In this document: one piece after another, positions 36,204 through 49,345 of the stretch
How the letters are laid out: every line of letters starts with the position of its first letter
How positions within the stretch are numbered: the first letter of the stretch is position 1
NCBI RefSeq assembly: GCF_964204645.1
Contig: NC_134026.1
Coordinates: forward strand, 9,261,950-9,325,949
Source of the DNA: Tubulanus polymorphus
Taxonomy: Eukaryota > Animalia > Nemertea
Length of the DNA stretch: 64,000 nucleotides
Direction of reading: 5' to 3'
Made by a program: the position numbers and the translations under genes
The notes under the pieces: model-generated
What the model was told of the DNA's origin: nothing
Seen by the model: only the letters and a program-made list of their open reading frames with translations
Databases searched by the model: none

Positions 36204-37019
36204 ACTGATGCGCTTCATGTACCAATATCAATCCATTAAATATTAGAAACCAGTATAAAATTGTGTTTTTGCGATTTCCTTTCGCAAATCTCAATGTTCA
36301 GTGAAATGGTGGTGCGCAGTTGGAGACACCTTTGGCGCGTTATCTCAAACTCTAGGAGTTACAGATCAGTCGTCAGAAAAGATATTTAAAAAATTTCAAC
36401 GCAGGCCAAAACTTCAAATAACGCTCAGTAAAACGGGGAAATATATCTTTAATAACCACTTAGATTACAAAATTGATAAAAGTCGCAATTTTTTGATGCG
36501 CGGTTGAAATATGCGGTCCTTGTTTTCACATCGACATTGCTCTTAATAGTTGCGTTCAAAACTTCCAAAAATCACCGGCAAATATCTGCATTTCATTTCC
36601 TTTAAATGGCGTGTAAATCAAGTTAATCAAGCAAGGGACTGCAGAGCTATATGATATTCAATCAAATCTTATGTTTTAAAAATGAGCGCAAATCATCGCA
36701 ACAATGTGGACCTCGAGGGACCGCCACAAAATGGCGCCTAGATAGAAACTGGAAACTTCTTTATTGTAAGTAAATCAAATGCCAGTGAAACTTGCAGGTC
36801 GACGTCGCAAGCCGGTTTATGTCGAGCTCTCTAATGGATTCATTTGAGTAATTTTCCATTTTGGCAAAAACGAACAGCTAGAATTGTCGAAAGTGGTTTT
36901 AATAGCCCAAAAGAGTTGCACAACCAACAATAAAATGTTATTTACTGAATGTAACTATAACCAGTCCACAACAAATGTGGGTTAAATTGTATGAAGTGAA
37001 TGAAGCTGGAAATAAATGG

Positions 37020-37970
37020 TTAATTAACTGGATTTCTACAGCGTATTCTAATGCAGAAATATTCACGAATTTCTCGTCCCAGTAAAAGATATATGTAGAA
37101 ATTTACCACATAGTTGCAAACATGGAATTGTGTGAATATGTTGAATATTAAATTTTTGAGAGCCACGGAAATTGGTAATATCGCAGCAATAGCGGTTGGA
37201 AATGTAGACATTGCAAATGCGAGTGAAACTGTTACAAGCATTATCGTTGCACGTTTTGATTTTGTAGTTTTCTGATCAGATGAAATTATTTTCGAACCTC
37301 TGAATAACTGAATTATTATTACAGAATTTGATGAAATAATCAAAGTTAAAGGTAAAATGTTAACGTAAATGACAATAATGGTAAAAAATGTTACTTGGTC
37401 AAACAATTCATAGTAACATCCCAATAACTGGTCGGAAAAATATATCGACAAGGTAGGTGTTAGATTTACAACTAGTACATTCAATGCAGTAATCATTAAT
37501 GTGGCAAATCTAGAGAATCGCTGAGTACATATCAAACGAGATGTGAACGGGAAGAGCACAACTGCCGCACGTTCTAGAGATATAGCTACTACAAACCACG
37601 AACTAGTACAGGCTGCAAGTGCCATTATGAATCCGTAGATTTGACAACTGATAAGGGAATTCATGATAAATATTGGACCATCTTTAACGTGCATGAGAAT
37701 AAACTGTAAAACAGGCATCAGCGTAAAACTGATGGAGAACGTGAAATCACTGAGAGACAAAACGATAAGATAATTAGCGTAAGATAAACTGCGAAATCTG
37801 TGACTTATCATTATCAGGAAAGTAGCTGAATTTCCGAAGGCTCCGAACAGAAATAAGATAGGCAGAATGACCAATAACAGCGTACGGTAGCTTCCAGACC
37901 TGTTGGCCACAGACATGAGAATTATGTAACCGCTATAAGGTCGACCGATTTGCATATGAGTTGAATTCAT
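37020..37970 (-). CDS. Intronless class A (rhodopsin-like) GPCR, FMRFamide-receptor-like/orphan expansion type, 316 aa
   Basis: Seven hydrophobic segments; GN in TM1, LSLSD in TM2, C...SLERA in TM3, NYVVNFYIY in TM7; N-terminal sequons NST and NRS. Confidence 0.9.
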   Translation of the reverse strand: MNSTHMQIGRPYSGYIILMSVANRSGSYRTLLLVILPILFLFGAFGNSATFLIMISHRFRSLSYANYLIVLSLSDFTFSISFTLMPVLQFILMHVKDGPIFIMNSLISCQIYGFIMALAACTSSWFVVAISLERAAVVLFPFTSRLICTQRFSRFATLMITALNVLVVNLTPTLSIYFSDQLLGCYYELFDQVTFFTIIVIYVNILPLTLIISSNSVIIIQLFRGSKIISSDQKTTKSKRATIMLVTVSLAFAMSTFPTAIAAILPISVALKNLIFNIFTQFHVCNYVVNFYIYLLLGREIREYFCIRIRCRNPVN

Positions 37971-38879
37971 GAATGCGAGTGTGTAGAACTAACCGTGTCT
38001 CCTGCCCGCGTATTGGAAAACTAATTTGATGACTAAATGATTGATACAATTGTCTGCACATCGGAAACTCAATTTAACGTAATAAGATGAACCAAGACGA
38101 ACCCCATAGATGCTGAATACAGTCAGTATTATAACTACTATTCATCTGGAAAAAATTTAAAACCACTATTTGTAAATCAATTCTTTGAAATCTGACAAAA
38201 TTGAAGTTTATTGTGCAAAGTCTGACTCACTGAAAAATCGTCAATAGTCGTTGTAAAGCGAGGTCAAAACATTCACATCCACATTCAATATGAAAATATG
38301 CAACTACCTATAGGCAATAAAATCAAATGATCCAATGGAGTTTTCTCTAAAGCGTTTTGTGAGTGTTGAGGTAGAAAAATATGCTACTGAATTACAAAAT
38401 TCAACGTTTTCCATTTTTTTGGCAAAAATGAACGGCTAGAATGAAAGAACATTTAGAATTACCCAAGAGATTTGCACAACCCAACAATAACATTTTATGC
38501 ACTGAATGTAATTGAAACTCACTTTATTGTTAACAGGGAATAAAAAATTGATACTCAGAAATCTAGCCCAATTTACTCAGATTTTGTGAAAGTTTATTAT
38601 TGTATGGAATATAAATGTTACTTGAGATTAGATATAGATATTTGTTGCAAAAGAATTCGGTTTCATTGTAGGCCTATGGTGAAATATCTTATAATAAAAC
38701 ATCTAAACAGGTTGGAAAATGTTTGCACGAGTTCAATTCGTTGTAAGTGAGCCCAGAATGATATCACAATGAATTCCTCCCTGTAAACGGGACAATCGCG
38801 CCTGACCCGTGGTGCAAAGTGTTCGACAACCATTTCCAATGCTCGAGGTCTTGAGTGCAAGTCCAATACCAACACATAT

Positions 38880-39362
38880 ACTCTCTAATGGATTCATTTG
38901 AGTAACTTGACATTTTCTTGGCAAAAATAAACGGCTAGAATTGATGAAAGAGGCTTTAATAGCCCAAGAGATTTGCACAACCAACAATAAAATGTAATTT
39001 ACTGAATGTAACTTTAACCAGTCCACAACAAATGTGGGTTAAATTGTATGAAGTGAATGAAACTGGAATGAAAATGGAAATTTGAGAGGATTTCTACAGC
39101 GGCTTTTAATGCAGAAATATTCACGAATTTGTCGACCCGGTAAAAGATATATGTAGATATTTACCACATAGTTGCAAACATGGAATTGTGTGAATATGTT
39201 AGATAGTGAATCTTGTCATTTTGTCTCTCAGTGATTTCACGTTGTCCATCAATTTTACGCTGATGCTTGTTTTATTGCCAGTTTATTCTCATGCACGTTA
39301 AAGGTGGTCCAATATTCATGATGAATTCACTGATCAGTTGTCAAATATACGGATTAATAATG
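38880..39362 (-). pseudogene. Deleted and partly inverted duplicate of the 37020-37970 GPCR and its 3' flank
   Basis: 38880-39200 matches 36826-37140 directly. 39221-39362 is the reverse complement of ~37625-37760 (TM2-TM3). A third partial flank copy lies at ~38405-38512. Confidence 0.85.
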
Positions 39363-40015
39363 CTTTTGTAATTGGTCTGATAATTGAAACCAGCTCAGTC
39401 TCAATACAATATGTAATGGTTATAAACATTACTTTCAGAATCGATCGTGAAGAAAGTTTTGACAAATCAATGAAACCGTCGTACAGACTGCATCGTTTGC
39501 GTTTGTCTTAGGATACAAAGCTTTGTTATTTTGGGTTTTTTCGCTTGATCTTTAAAATTCAATTTTCAAATTAATCAACTGATTTGCCCATGATACATGA
39601 AATCCATACATTATTGATTTTTTAATGATAATTGATGACCGATTAACGGCATAAACTCGCTCACTGAAGTGATAACGGGGGTGGGTAAAGAAGACAGAAA
39701 TGATTGACGTTGTATGGTATCCATAGATGATAATACCACTGCCTATCGATACCTTCGTTATTGAGTTTATCCGTTCATTCGCCCTCTTGGATCTTTGCAA
39801 TTGGGGCCTGGCATATCAGAATTTACTTCGTATGAGCTGCGCTTTATCTGAAGTAGTATTTTAGATACTTAACTATTAGATTTTCAGTTTTCTAGTAATT
39901 AGAAACATTCCGATTCTTTTTGATTGATCAATTCAGTCAGCATACGTTTGAACATTCAATAACACGAATTATGAAAGAGGGAAAAATCGATCAATTTATA
40001 ACTTCACCTACTAAT

Positions 40016-40966
40016 CTATCTCGCGCAAGATATTTTCATACAGAAATATTTACGAATCTCACGTCCCAACAAAAGATATATGTAGAAATTTGTTGAGTAG
40101 TTACACGTGTTGAACATACTGAATATGTCAAAAAGGAAATCCTTCTTGCTCTTTCTAATTGGTAAGAATACATTCATCGAGGTTGGAAGCGTGAACATGG
40201 CGAAAGAAAGTGAAACTGTAACGAGCATTATTGTTGTGCGTTTTGCTTTCGTGGTTTTTTTATCAGACGAAACCGATGCCAACAACTCAGAACCTCTGAA
40301 TAACTGAACGATTATGAGACAGTTGGATGTAACAATTAACGTTAAAGGCAACAAGAAAACGTGAACGACGAATATAGCGAAAACTATTGATTGCTGATAT
40401 ATTGCATAAAAACATCGGACAAACTCGGAGGAAAAATTCATCATAACTGATGGTGGAATTCCTATGACCACTGAATTAGCTAGAAAGATAAAAATGATGG
40501 AATGTCGTGCAAATTTAGATGTACACACCAAACGAGATGCGAACGGGAATAGCACAACTACCGCACGTTCTAGAGATATAGCAACGATTAACCATGAACT
40601 ACTTGATGACGCTAGTCCCATTTTGCATTCATAAATTTTACAACTGATCAATGACTTCACCACAAATATAGGACCAATATCCACGTGCAAAAGAACAAAC
40701 TGTATCAGTGGAATCAGTGTAAGGTTGATGCAGTACATACAATCCGTGATTGACAAAGCGATCAGATAATTGGCGTAAGATAATCTTCGGAATCGGCGAC
40801 TCGTCATTATCAGGAAAGTAACTGAATTCCCGAAGGCACCAAGCACAAATAAGGTCAGGTAAATGGCCAATGACAACGCACGGTATCTAACAGAACGGTT
40901 TGCCAGAGACATAAGAGCGATGTAACTGTTATAAGGCCGGCCAAATTGCATATCAGTGCAATTCAT
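40016..40966 (-). CDS. Intronless class A GPCR, tandem paralogue, 316 aa
   Basis: ATG at 40966 (MNCTDMQFGRPY). Motifs GAFGNS, LSITD, SLERA, TIMLVTVS and NYSTNFYIYLLLGREIR are collinear with the 37 kb copy. Confidence 0.9.
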   Translation of the reverse strand: MNCTDMQFGRPYNSYIALMSLANRSVRYRALSLAIYLTLFVLGAFGNSVTFLIMTSRRFRRLSYANYLIALSITDCMYCINLTLIPLIQFVLLHVDIGPIFVVKSLISCKIYECKMGLASSSSSWLIVAISLERAVVVLFPFASRLVCTSKFARHSIIFIFLANSVVIGIPPSVMMNFSSEFVRCFYAIYQQSIVFAIFVVHVFLLPLTLIVTSNCLIIVQLFRGSELLASVSSDKKTTKAKRTTIMLVTVSLSFAMFTLPTSMNVFLPIRKSKKDFLFDIFSMFNTCNYSTNFYIYLLLGREIRKYFCMKISCAR

Positions 40967-41784
40967 GATTCGCAAGAATTAACGTCGTTGGTCGTGGTAT
41001 TTCTGTAATATGGAATAACAACAGCTAATACCAATTTGTAGTCGGGCTTCGTGATTCTATACAATTTCATTCAACTATCGTCTTCAGATTGGTGAGCTTG
41101 AGATTTATCCATACAAATTGAATTATCCTGAATCCATTGTAAGTGTGGTATAGAATTTCAACGATTCCATTTTCCGTATGGATATTGCATAATTAGTTTG
41201 GACCGTCTATGTTTAAACCAAACGCATTGAAATGTACTCTTCACGTATACTCTTTATAAAAAGAAACGAACGCATTTGGTTCGTCTGGTTCTCCGGCCGT
41301 TCGAAGATTTTGCAATGCCGAACATCAGAAAATAGTACACCCGAGAACCCAAAAATTGGTTGATGAGATTGATTGAATGAAACGAAAAACCTTTTTTCAA
41401 CCAGTGGATAATTCGGGCCAAAATAAGAAAGGCGTTCTTCAATCTGTGTTAAAAATATCAAACATAACAAAACATCGTTTGTATTGTTTTAACGCTTCAT
41501 AAAGACCCGGATCAACCGTTTTAAATCAGTGAAAAAGCATACAAACCGGTTAACCGTTTAACCCTTTCAAGCACTTAAGGTTTTATGTTGGCCCGAATCA
41601 ACCTCAATAACCTGGCAATGCCCATACAATACTTTGAACATGTCTAGTTGTACAATGAATTGACGAATAGATTAAACATCTTCGAATTACCAATTTTTAT
41701 TAAACTCGTCTCAAGTAAATCAAAATTTCTGAACAAGACTAGTTCCTAATACAGTTTTTTTTCAAGTTCTGCATAGGCCTATTA

Positions 41785-44627
41785 TCATATGCCGCCTGGA
41801 TTAGGGCCCACTAATTTCATATACCTCTCAGTCACATTTACAAACATATCACCGGCAATTTTTTTAATATCTCGTTTCGTAGAATCGACGAAACCCTTTA
41901 GATATGTATGCGCAAATGCGTGGTTTGTGTATGCTGATTTTCTCTTAGGGTGGTTCGTGAAACCGTTAGATATCAAGTGAGAGCATATTTTCTTCTTTAG
42001 CGAAAACGCTTTCCGCTCACTCCGTCTCAGTCTGCACGTTCGCCTGAAGAGATTCACATTTGTTTTGTCGAAATCCGGATTGAAATCGTAATGATATGGA
42101 ACGTATACCGCGTCGCAAATTGAACCAATTGACGCGTTTCTGGCAGCTTTGTATTTTTCCAACTGTCGGGTAACCATCAGTGGACCGGCCTTTCCCAACA
42201 AGTCGTCCTCATCGGTGTTTTTATCGACCGCGGGAAGGTTACGGATGATGTGCGCGAAAAACTGGTGTCCCGGTGTGGACATGATAATGGCACTCATTGC
42301 TATGGATTCGAGACCGAATAGTAAAACAGTATGCGCTTCGTGGTCTTCCGGAATGAGTAGAGTATGCGCGCGAGTCAGTTGTTCGTCCCACGGTCTCAAA
42401 GCTGACACATCAAGATCGGCGTACACACCCCCAAACTCGTACAATACGAAAAATCTCATCGCGTCTGCTCGTTCCATGTATTTCGGATAATTTCGAAACA
42501 TCTCGATATATTTCGGAAATCTTCTGCTGACAAATTCGTCCATTTGCTTTGCGGTCCAGAACCAATATTCCCAGTCAGGATTGTATTTCATCCAAGTTTC
42601 AACGTACTTCGCTTGACTTCCAGGGATGGACTCCGTGTTCCATGTTTGATGGATACGTTTCGGTATCTATAGAAGTAAAAAATGACATAAATAGTCAAGT
42701 CCTGAATTTACTTAACAGCGTAGGAATGCATTTTTTCTCATCTAAAATGAGTTATTGGTCCAATTATGGACTCTAAAACGAAGAGTGTATTCGTTTTAGA
42801 GTCCAAGGTCTGACCGATTTCAGCTGATGTGTGTGCGTAGTACGGGATTTGCTACCGTGTCGATGTCGCCGTCACCATGCCGTATGATCAAATGCCAAAT
42901 CTCAATATATTTTACCAAGCAGCTAACAAAAATAAACCCCAATCATTCACTCTACGTTTCAGGGTGGATAGAAGATTACTACATCAACCGGGACCAAAAT
43001 GTCCGCGTGTTATGTATATACGTATTCTTCGTTGTTAAGGAAAAAAATCTGTATATTCGAATAACCATCCGACAGCCGTTTCCGATTTCAAAATCATACC
43101 CCCTGTTTCGTTACCCGCAGGTGTGGGGGGTTTGTAAGGGTTGCCAAAATATGCGTCAAATCAATGAATAAGAGGGAAAACAGTTTATATTTCAAAATCA
43201 TAAAGATTAAACCCCTATATAGATGTGGAAGGTTTGCAAGGGACACACACCAAATAAGCATAAAATCAAATCAAATCAAGTAATCGGCTATATATAAGAG
43301 GGAAATCAACCCTATTTCATGACCCAAAAAAGAAAGCAATGTGATTCATAGTTAGTACACGGATAGATCGTGCCTTTTAGTTGAAAACGATCCGGCTCGT
43401 CTAGTTGAGATGTGCCCTTTTCATGTTAAGCATTGATGGGTGGTTGAAGAATTTGTAAGTAAACCTCCGGAAAACATGAAAAATGTTTCCAAAGCACGAA
43501 ATTTTCACGATGGTGTATGCCTTCCGCGTATGGACAGGGCAGGTGACGGTTCCCATGGTGGCTAATCAGGCCACGAAGGAAACAAAATATGAGATGCAAT
43601 TTCCATAAATGTCACATAACGCCACGTTATTGTAACAAGCTATTTGTTTTACTCAGCGTTGAAACAAACGGTTCGTTTTGTTTTAACGTGGCGTTAAACT
43701 AATTTTGTTTTCGTGTCGTATCAAATTGGTGGAATTTGAGTCTATTTTCTTTTTCATTATGACCCGAATCAGCCATCAGACTGTTATGATAAGCAATTTT
43801 AGATATTTAGGAAACATATAGAAATATATCAGTTTATATAACTATAATACAAAAAACTCGGTTTTAATTAATGGGAAACGAGCATGTGTTAATGGGAAGT
43901 TGATGTCCATTTGTTTTGATAGCTAGTTTAGTTTATGTCACGGATTAATAGATAGTGTTCATGGGAATTCAATCTCCATTTGCTATGACAGCTTCCAGGG
44001 TTTCGACACCAAATCTGTTCTGCGACCCGAAGAAAGAACCGAAATATAATGGGAGAGCACTGAATAAGATCGAGGGAACACCTCAGGACAACTAGAATAG
44101 AAAGCTGGCAGTCAATAGGTGTTGATGATAACAGCGTACATTTATCTCTATATGAGTATTTTTCAAGAAATGAATAAAACATTTGCGAGTGTTTTGGAAT
44201 TTAAAACAAACAGTTAGGTTATTGCTCAGTTCGGTCTCGGGTTATTATTCAGTTTGTGTCGTTGTGCGGAGCTGAGGAAGGATACGCTCTCCCACGTTAT
44301 TTCAGTTCCTTTTTCGGGTCGCATAACATTACATTACTTACAAAGCAGAAGATAGAAATGCCACATACACTTATACATTGCATTTCTTTCGTTGATCTCT
44401 AATGCACCTGCAAAGTTATAATTCCTAAATACCTGATTGCATCCACTTCTTTCGGGCAACCTCAACTGTTCGATTACGAGCGCGACGTCATCTTTATAAG
44501 ATATAGGTACTTGAATATGCCACCATTCTCGCGGAACTGTATTGGCGTAAAGGTATACACAAGAAAGAACACCGATGGACATCACGCCGAGAAACATCAG
44601 CTTCAGCATCGACACACGGCGCCACAT
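41785..44627 (-). CDS. GT32-family DXD glycosyltransferase (Gly_transf_sug; Sur1/Csh1/Och1-like), type II membrane, ~358 aa, 2 exons
   Basis: Exon 1 (44627-44433) encodes the TM anchor LMFLGVMSIGVLSCVYLY and ends at donor CAG|GTATT. Exon 2 (42666-41785) encodes IPKRIHQTW...W...NPDWEYWFW...RADAMRFFVLYEFGGVYADLD...AGPLMVT...HAFAHTY. The exon 1 donor choice is inferred from phase. Confidence 0.85.
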
Positions 44628-45000
44628 TTTGTCCTGTGTTTTTAAAATATCTCTAGTTGTATTTGATAGAATCTAAATACTCATTGTTTAAGACTTAATT
44701 ATGTTTATACAAAAGCAAAGTAAAGTAAGTATTGTTATGGATCACATCGAACACAAAATGCCATAATCGGTTCATTCGACGTTCATTCAAATATTCATTT
44801 TGAGTGTGCTGATATTTTATTTACTTATTATTTATTTATTCATTTATTTTTTCCTGGCTTTTCTAAATGCAAAATGAAATTTGGAATCCATGGAATCCGA
44901 ATTCACATTTTGAAAACTTTTAGGAAACTTACACAATTCAATTCCAGATTGATTTCGATCATGCATTCGATATTCTTTAGAATGAGAATAATTCATTAGT

Positions 45001-45095
45001 GCACGAGATCCCGGTTCGATACCGGGCGAGAGCACGTAATTTCACGGTCACTTCTTGATCATTGCACAGGGAAGAGCATCGCGGCCACCTAGCAT
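45001..45095 (+). mobile_element. tRNA-derived SINE-like fragment
   Basis: T-arm hairpin CCCGG-TTCGATA-CCGGG (B-box) without a D-arm or acceptor stem. Confidence 0.45.
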
Positions 45096-45981
45096 TTATT
45101 TCTGTAGTCTAAAAAAGTTCACTAATGCCTAAAAATTGATGTGTATGCTATCAGGATTGCTCACGGAGTATATCCGTTTTAATTGTTCAGAAAAATACCT
45201 AGAATCTATCATAGATTGATGTGTCCAGATACATGATAAACTGCAATTAACAAAATTGTTCAAATAAAAAACTACCAGGGACTCTTAAATCTATTATCTA
45301 GCTAGAAATTTCGGGGTGAAATACACATGGCGACATCTTGCGGGCGCAGCAATAACAATCTGTAGCTACGCTTGTGCGAACGCACACTCTGATTTGGTCC
45401 AGGGTGCGGACCCATTTAGATCGGTCTAACTACATAGTAAGTTGTCTTGTGGGCGCGGCTATTATGTTCACAAATAAGCAATACTCAATGAACTCAATAT
45501 GCATAATGATTTAGGTCACATTTCGTAAATATTTTCTATGCTAATCCGTAACTACGATCTATAAGTTATCAAATCTATTGAATCACGCGCTGGTCTTTCA
45601 TTGGTTTTCATAATAGGCCTACGGTGGTGCGAAAACATTCGTCGAATAATTCATATTGGCTATTGATGATCGTTGATGGCATAGCTACTATGTGACGATG
45701 TTGAAAAAAGAAATTGTCTGTCGCGCTAATCAGCAATGGGCATTGTGTATCAAATGTTACGACTGGTTGTTTATCCTCCATTCTTTCCATTTCTTTAACA
45801 TTGATATATGCCTAAAATGTATGTCTTAAGTAGGCTTCAGCGGGGAACAATAAATAATCGGTGATCATGGCTGGTGCATAGATGCTTTGTGCATTCGCAA
45901 TTTGATTTATACTATGTGACGATGTTGAAAATTATCTGTCGCGGCAGTAATGGCATGTATACAATACAATATAAGTCAGGA

Positions 45982-46763
45982 ACATGACCCCCAAAAATAT
46001 GGAATCCATATGACTGAATATTATTAGATAAATTGCACTGTTGTTGCCATGGCAACCCTTTCAACTCAGAACTTACCCCAAAAACAAAAATAAAGCATGG
46101 TAACCATGGTAACTAAAACAACAATATTTTGTTGCCATGGTGACAATATCCTCTAAGGTTCGCAGACAGTAAAGATGTTTTGGGAAATGGATGATTGAAA
46201 AACTTTTTGAAATGATAGATGTCATCATATGTAAATGTACTGTTGAGCGCAATTAACACTACAAATGAATCTTTAAGAATTACAATTCACCTTTTCTCCT
46301 GAGCTTTATTTTGTATCAAAAGAAGCGTACACTTCGGCTCTTCCTGTGGAAACAACATTTCTCACTGTTTCTGGAAAATTGTTTAAGTTATGAGGGAAAA
46401 TGTCATAGGAAATTATGTTTTTTGGGGTAAATTTTGCGTAGAAAGTGTTGCCATGGCAACAACTATGTAATTTTTCTTAATCCCGCGTGATAGATTTAAG
46501 GAACACCTTTCAAACATCACATGCATCACATGAAATATTTTCTTTCTAAAAAAGTTTTACCAGAAAAAAAATTCTATGAAATGTAAAACATTTATTATGT
46601 AGGATAACAAAGTAGGTTGCTATGGAGATGGATTGTTGCATGATGTCCCCCTATATCAGATAAATTGTTGCTCTATCCTGAAACTAAAGATGACTAGCTT
46701 TCAAATTATGCCAGTCGCTATAATATTCAGTCACACGGAATTCCCTCTTTTTGGGGGTCATGT
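45982..46763. mobile_element. ~780-bp MITE with nested inverted repeats carrying X-box-like palindromes
   Basis: TIRs ACATGACCCCCAAAAA..GGAAT..TGACTGAATATTAT and ATAATATTCAGTCA..GGAATTCC..TTTTTGGGGGTCATGT. An inner IR pair lies at ~46040-46090 and ~46415-46463. Confidence 0.75.
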
Positions 46764-49345
46764 ATATTGTTTTTAGGGCGCAATGCCGTCATTACTAATA
46801 TACGTCTAAAAATTCATGTTTTCAGTAGGTTTCACCAGAGAACCATAAACCTTATTTGAGCGAATATACTGATTTTCCGATCATTTCATTTCGTATTTTG
46901 ATATCTATATCTATTAGATAGATCCCACCATTATTGAACATATTATTATAAAACAAATCAAACAAAATAAACAATTAAATACATAGATCGCAACGAAGAT
47001 AGACAGGTACGATTTAAGTTCGATTAGATGCCAAACAACAGCTGGCTCGATCATCTATTTCTAAACATGAGATGCTCTTTGTTGTCGACCGTTATTCGTA
47101 ATTAGATCTTGATCATGCCTCTCCTTCCATGCCTGTGTACGTGCACCTTATATCTATTTCATGTTATCTAACCATATCTGCATGTAAAGTTGAAGGTACA
47201 AACAAAACCTTAAGTGAATGATTTTTTTACGCATCTGGCTATTTATCATATCATATTTAATTTGATGCTTGAAGTTATATTTGTACAGTACGGTACTTGC
47301 CTCGTGGACTCTTCCTGAAAACATATTTTTGTAATTCTGGTAATGTGTACTATATGTATATATTAAGTGACGATCATGTCACTTGATTATGATGAATAAA
47401 CTAACTTAAACTTGAACTTACAGTTGTTTTTTTATGTTTAACGATGATTTTTTATATGATATGATACGATATGATATGATGATTTAGGCTATTTTTCATA
47501 TAAATCTTTTTACAGAATGACCAAATGAACAATATACATAAAAATGTAATGATGATTAATTAACGAAGGACTGCTTTGAAGCAACGGTTCGATAATACGG
47601 ATCATGATACGAAACATATTAGCTTATACTAACATATATATATAAATTATAATTCAAGGTGTATGGAAATTAGGAATATCGGTCAGCAAGAGAATGTTTT
47701 TTTTGCCTTTTGTTTTTATATGTACCGGTATATCTAATTTATTCCAATATAGGGAGCCTAGAATCTTTAATGAATATTTCTTTTGTTCCTGGAAAATGTC
47801 TGACAATGTCTGGTTGAACGGTTGCGGAACTCGTTTCTACGTCCATAGCGTGATTGCAATATTTATTACAGCCACCTTTCCGTGTAGGCCCCTAACAAAA
47901 ATACATTTTCTATGTACATCGACAATATATAAGCCTCGATTGTGAACTAATGGCCACAATTATAAAGATCTAATATCAGTCATCTTATATTTTCAAGTTT
48001 TTTCCCAAAGATGCTTCATTTTTTGGATGAAAGCTAATCGGTTTTGCCACAGGAAATGATTGGCTACGGATCTGCAGGTGCCTTGTATGTACCGAAAACT
48101 GATTATCATGTGTACCCTACCTGTTGAAGTTCAAAAACCCTCCACAATCTCTCCTTCGTGCAGGTAAAATGCATAAATCTTCCGTACTCGATCATGTCTA
48201 CGGCTATTTCATGATCTATCTTTTAATTAATTGTCAAGACGCAAATGAATGTATAGAAATCTGTCATAAGACAAATTAGATTGCAGCAGATATTAACTCG
48301 TTCTTACTATATAATGTAATGCGCAGCCGATTCAATATCATACTAAAAATATATATGTTTGGAGTATACAATCGAATAATTTGAATTGATATCGAACTCT
48401 TTTCACTACCCTTCGAAATTGTACGCGCATGTAGTATCTTTTTGCTTTATTATGAAAACAGTGGTATAGGTTTTGATGGGAACGAACATCGTGAACATGC
48501 TAATAAACATATCAATATTCAATTGATGATTATGCATTCCTCTTGCAATGCCAACCACCCAGATTAATGCAAATAACTTTTTTACACGATCGAAAGTTCT
48601 ATTCCCTGACGATATTGGTAAGAGCTGTTCAATTGATAAATCTCGTCATTACCTATTGGATCAAATGAGTTTTTATAGAAAATCTTTAAAAAGTGACACG
48701 AATTGTTTACCAGATACTAGTAGTGTAAAGAATATAAGGATGACTACTAGTATTCGGTCGAACATTAGATAAATGTTCGATCCACATATTACGAGTTGAG
48801 TAAAAACGTTGACCTAAATTTTGGTAAATGTGGGATTTTTCTCATTTGATTGTATTACAACAACCTTGTACATATCCCCGTATTGTTTGTTTGTCGCGAT
48901 CGTAACGCGTGCTCAGACGTATCTGTCAACTCTACACGATTTACGCGCGGTGATTTATTTGAAAGTTAGCCAGTGTGTAGTCGTGTCCAGTGTTGCGGGC
49001 ACGCATTAAACTCTCTCGTCTCGTTCGAGTATGTTGAAACATGTAAACGCAGCCAGGTAAGGTTCAGGAGTGTATTTGGTATTTGATTCGACGGTTGGAC
49101 ACCATTGATTGACTTATTTCAGGCAAGAACTTAGCGCAAGCTGTACATTCAGACTTTTTCTCTGCCCGCCATCTGGTAACGTACACCCGTTTCACCCGTT
49201 TCAACGCGCATTCAAAAAATCTTACATTCACAAATTTTGAATATATGAATTACAGGAAAATTAGACCTACAAAAGATTTGTTTTATCGCGTCATAAAAAA
49301 CTGATTCTGTTCACGTCTTTTTATTGGGAAAATTACAGCTAAAGG

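Noticed and set aside
45001-45040. tRNA gene
   Set aside because: Only the T-arm is present and no cloverleaf can be built, so it is kept as a SINE-like relic.
47030-47420. Possible LINE 3' end (AATAAACTAACTTAAACTTGAACTT tail)
   Set aside because: The tail is suggestive, but I could not recognise RT motifs, so support is insufficient.
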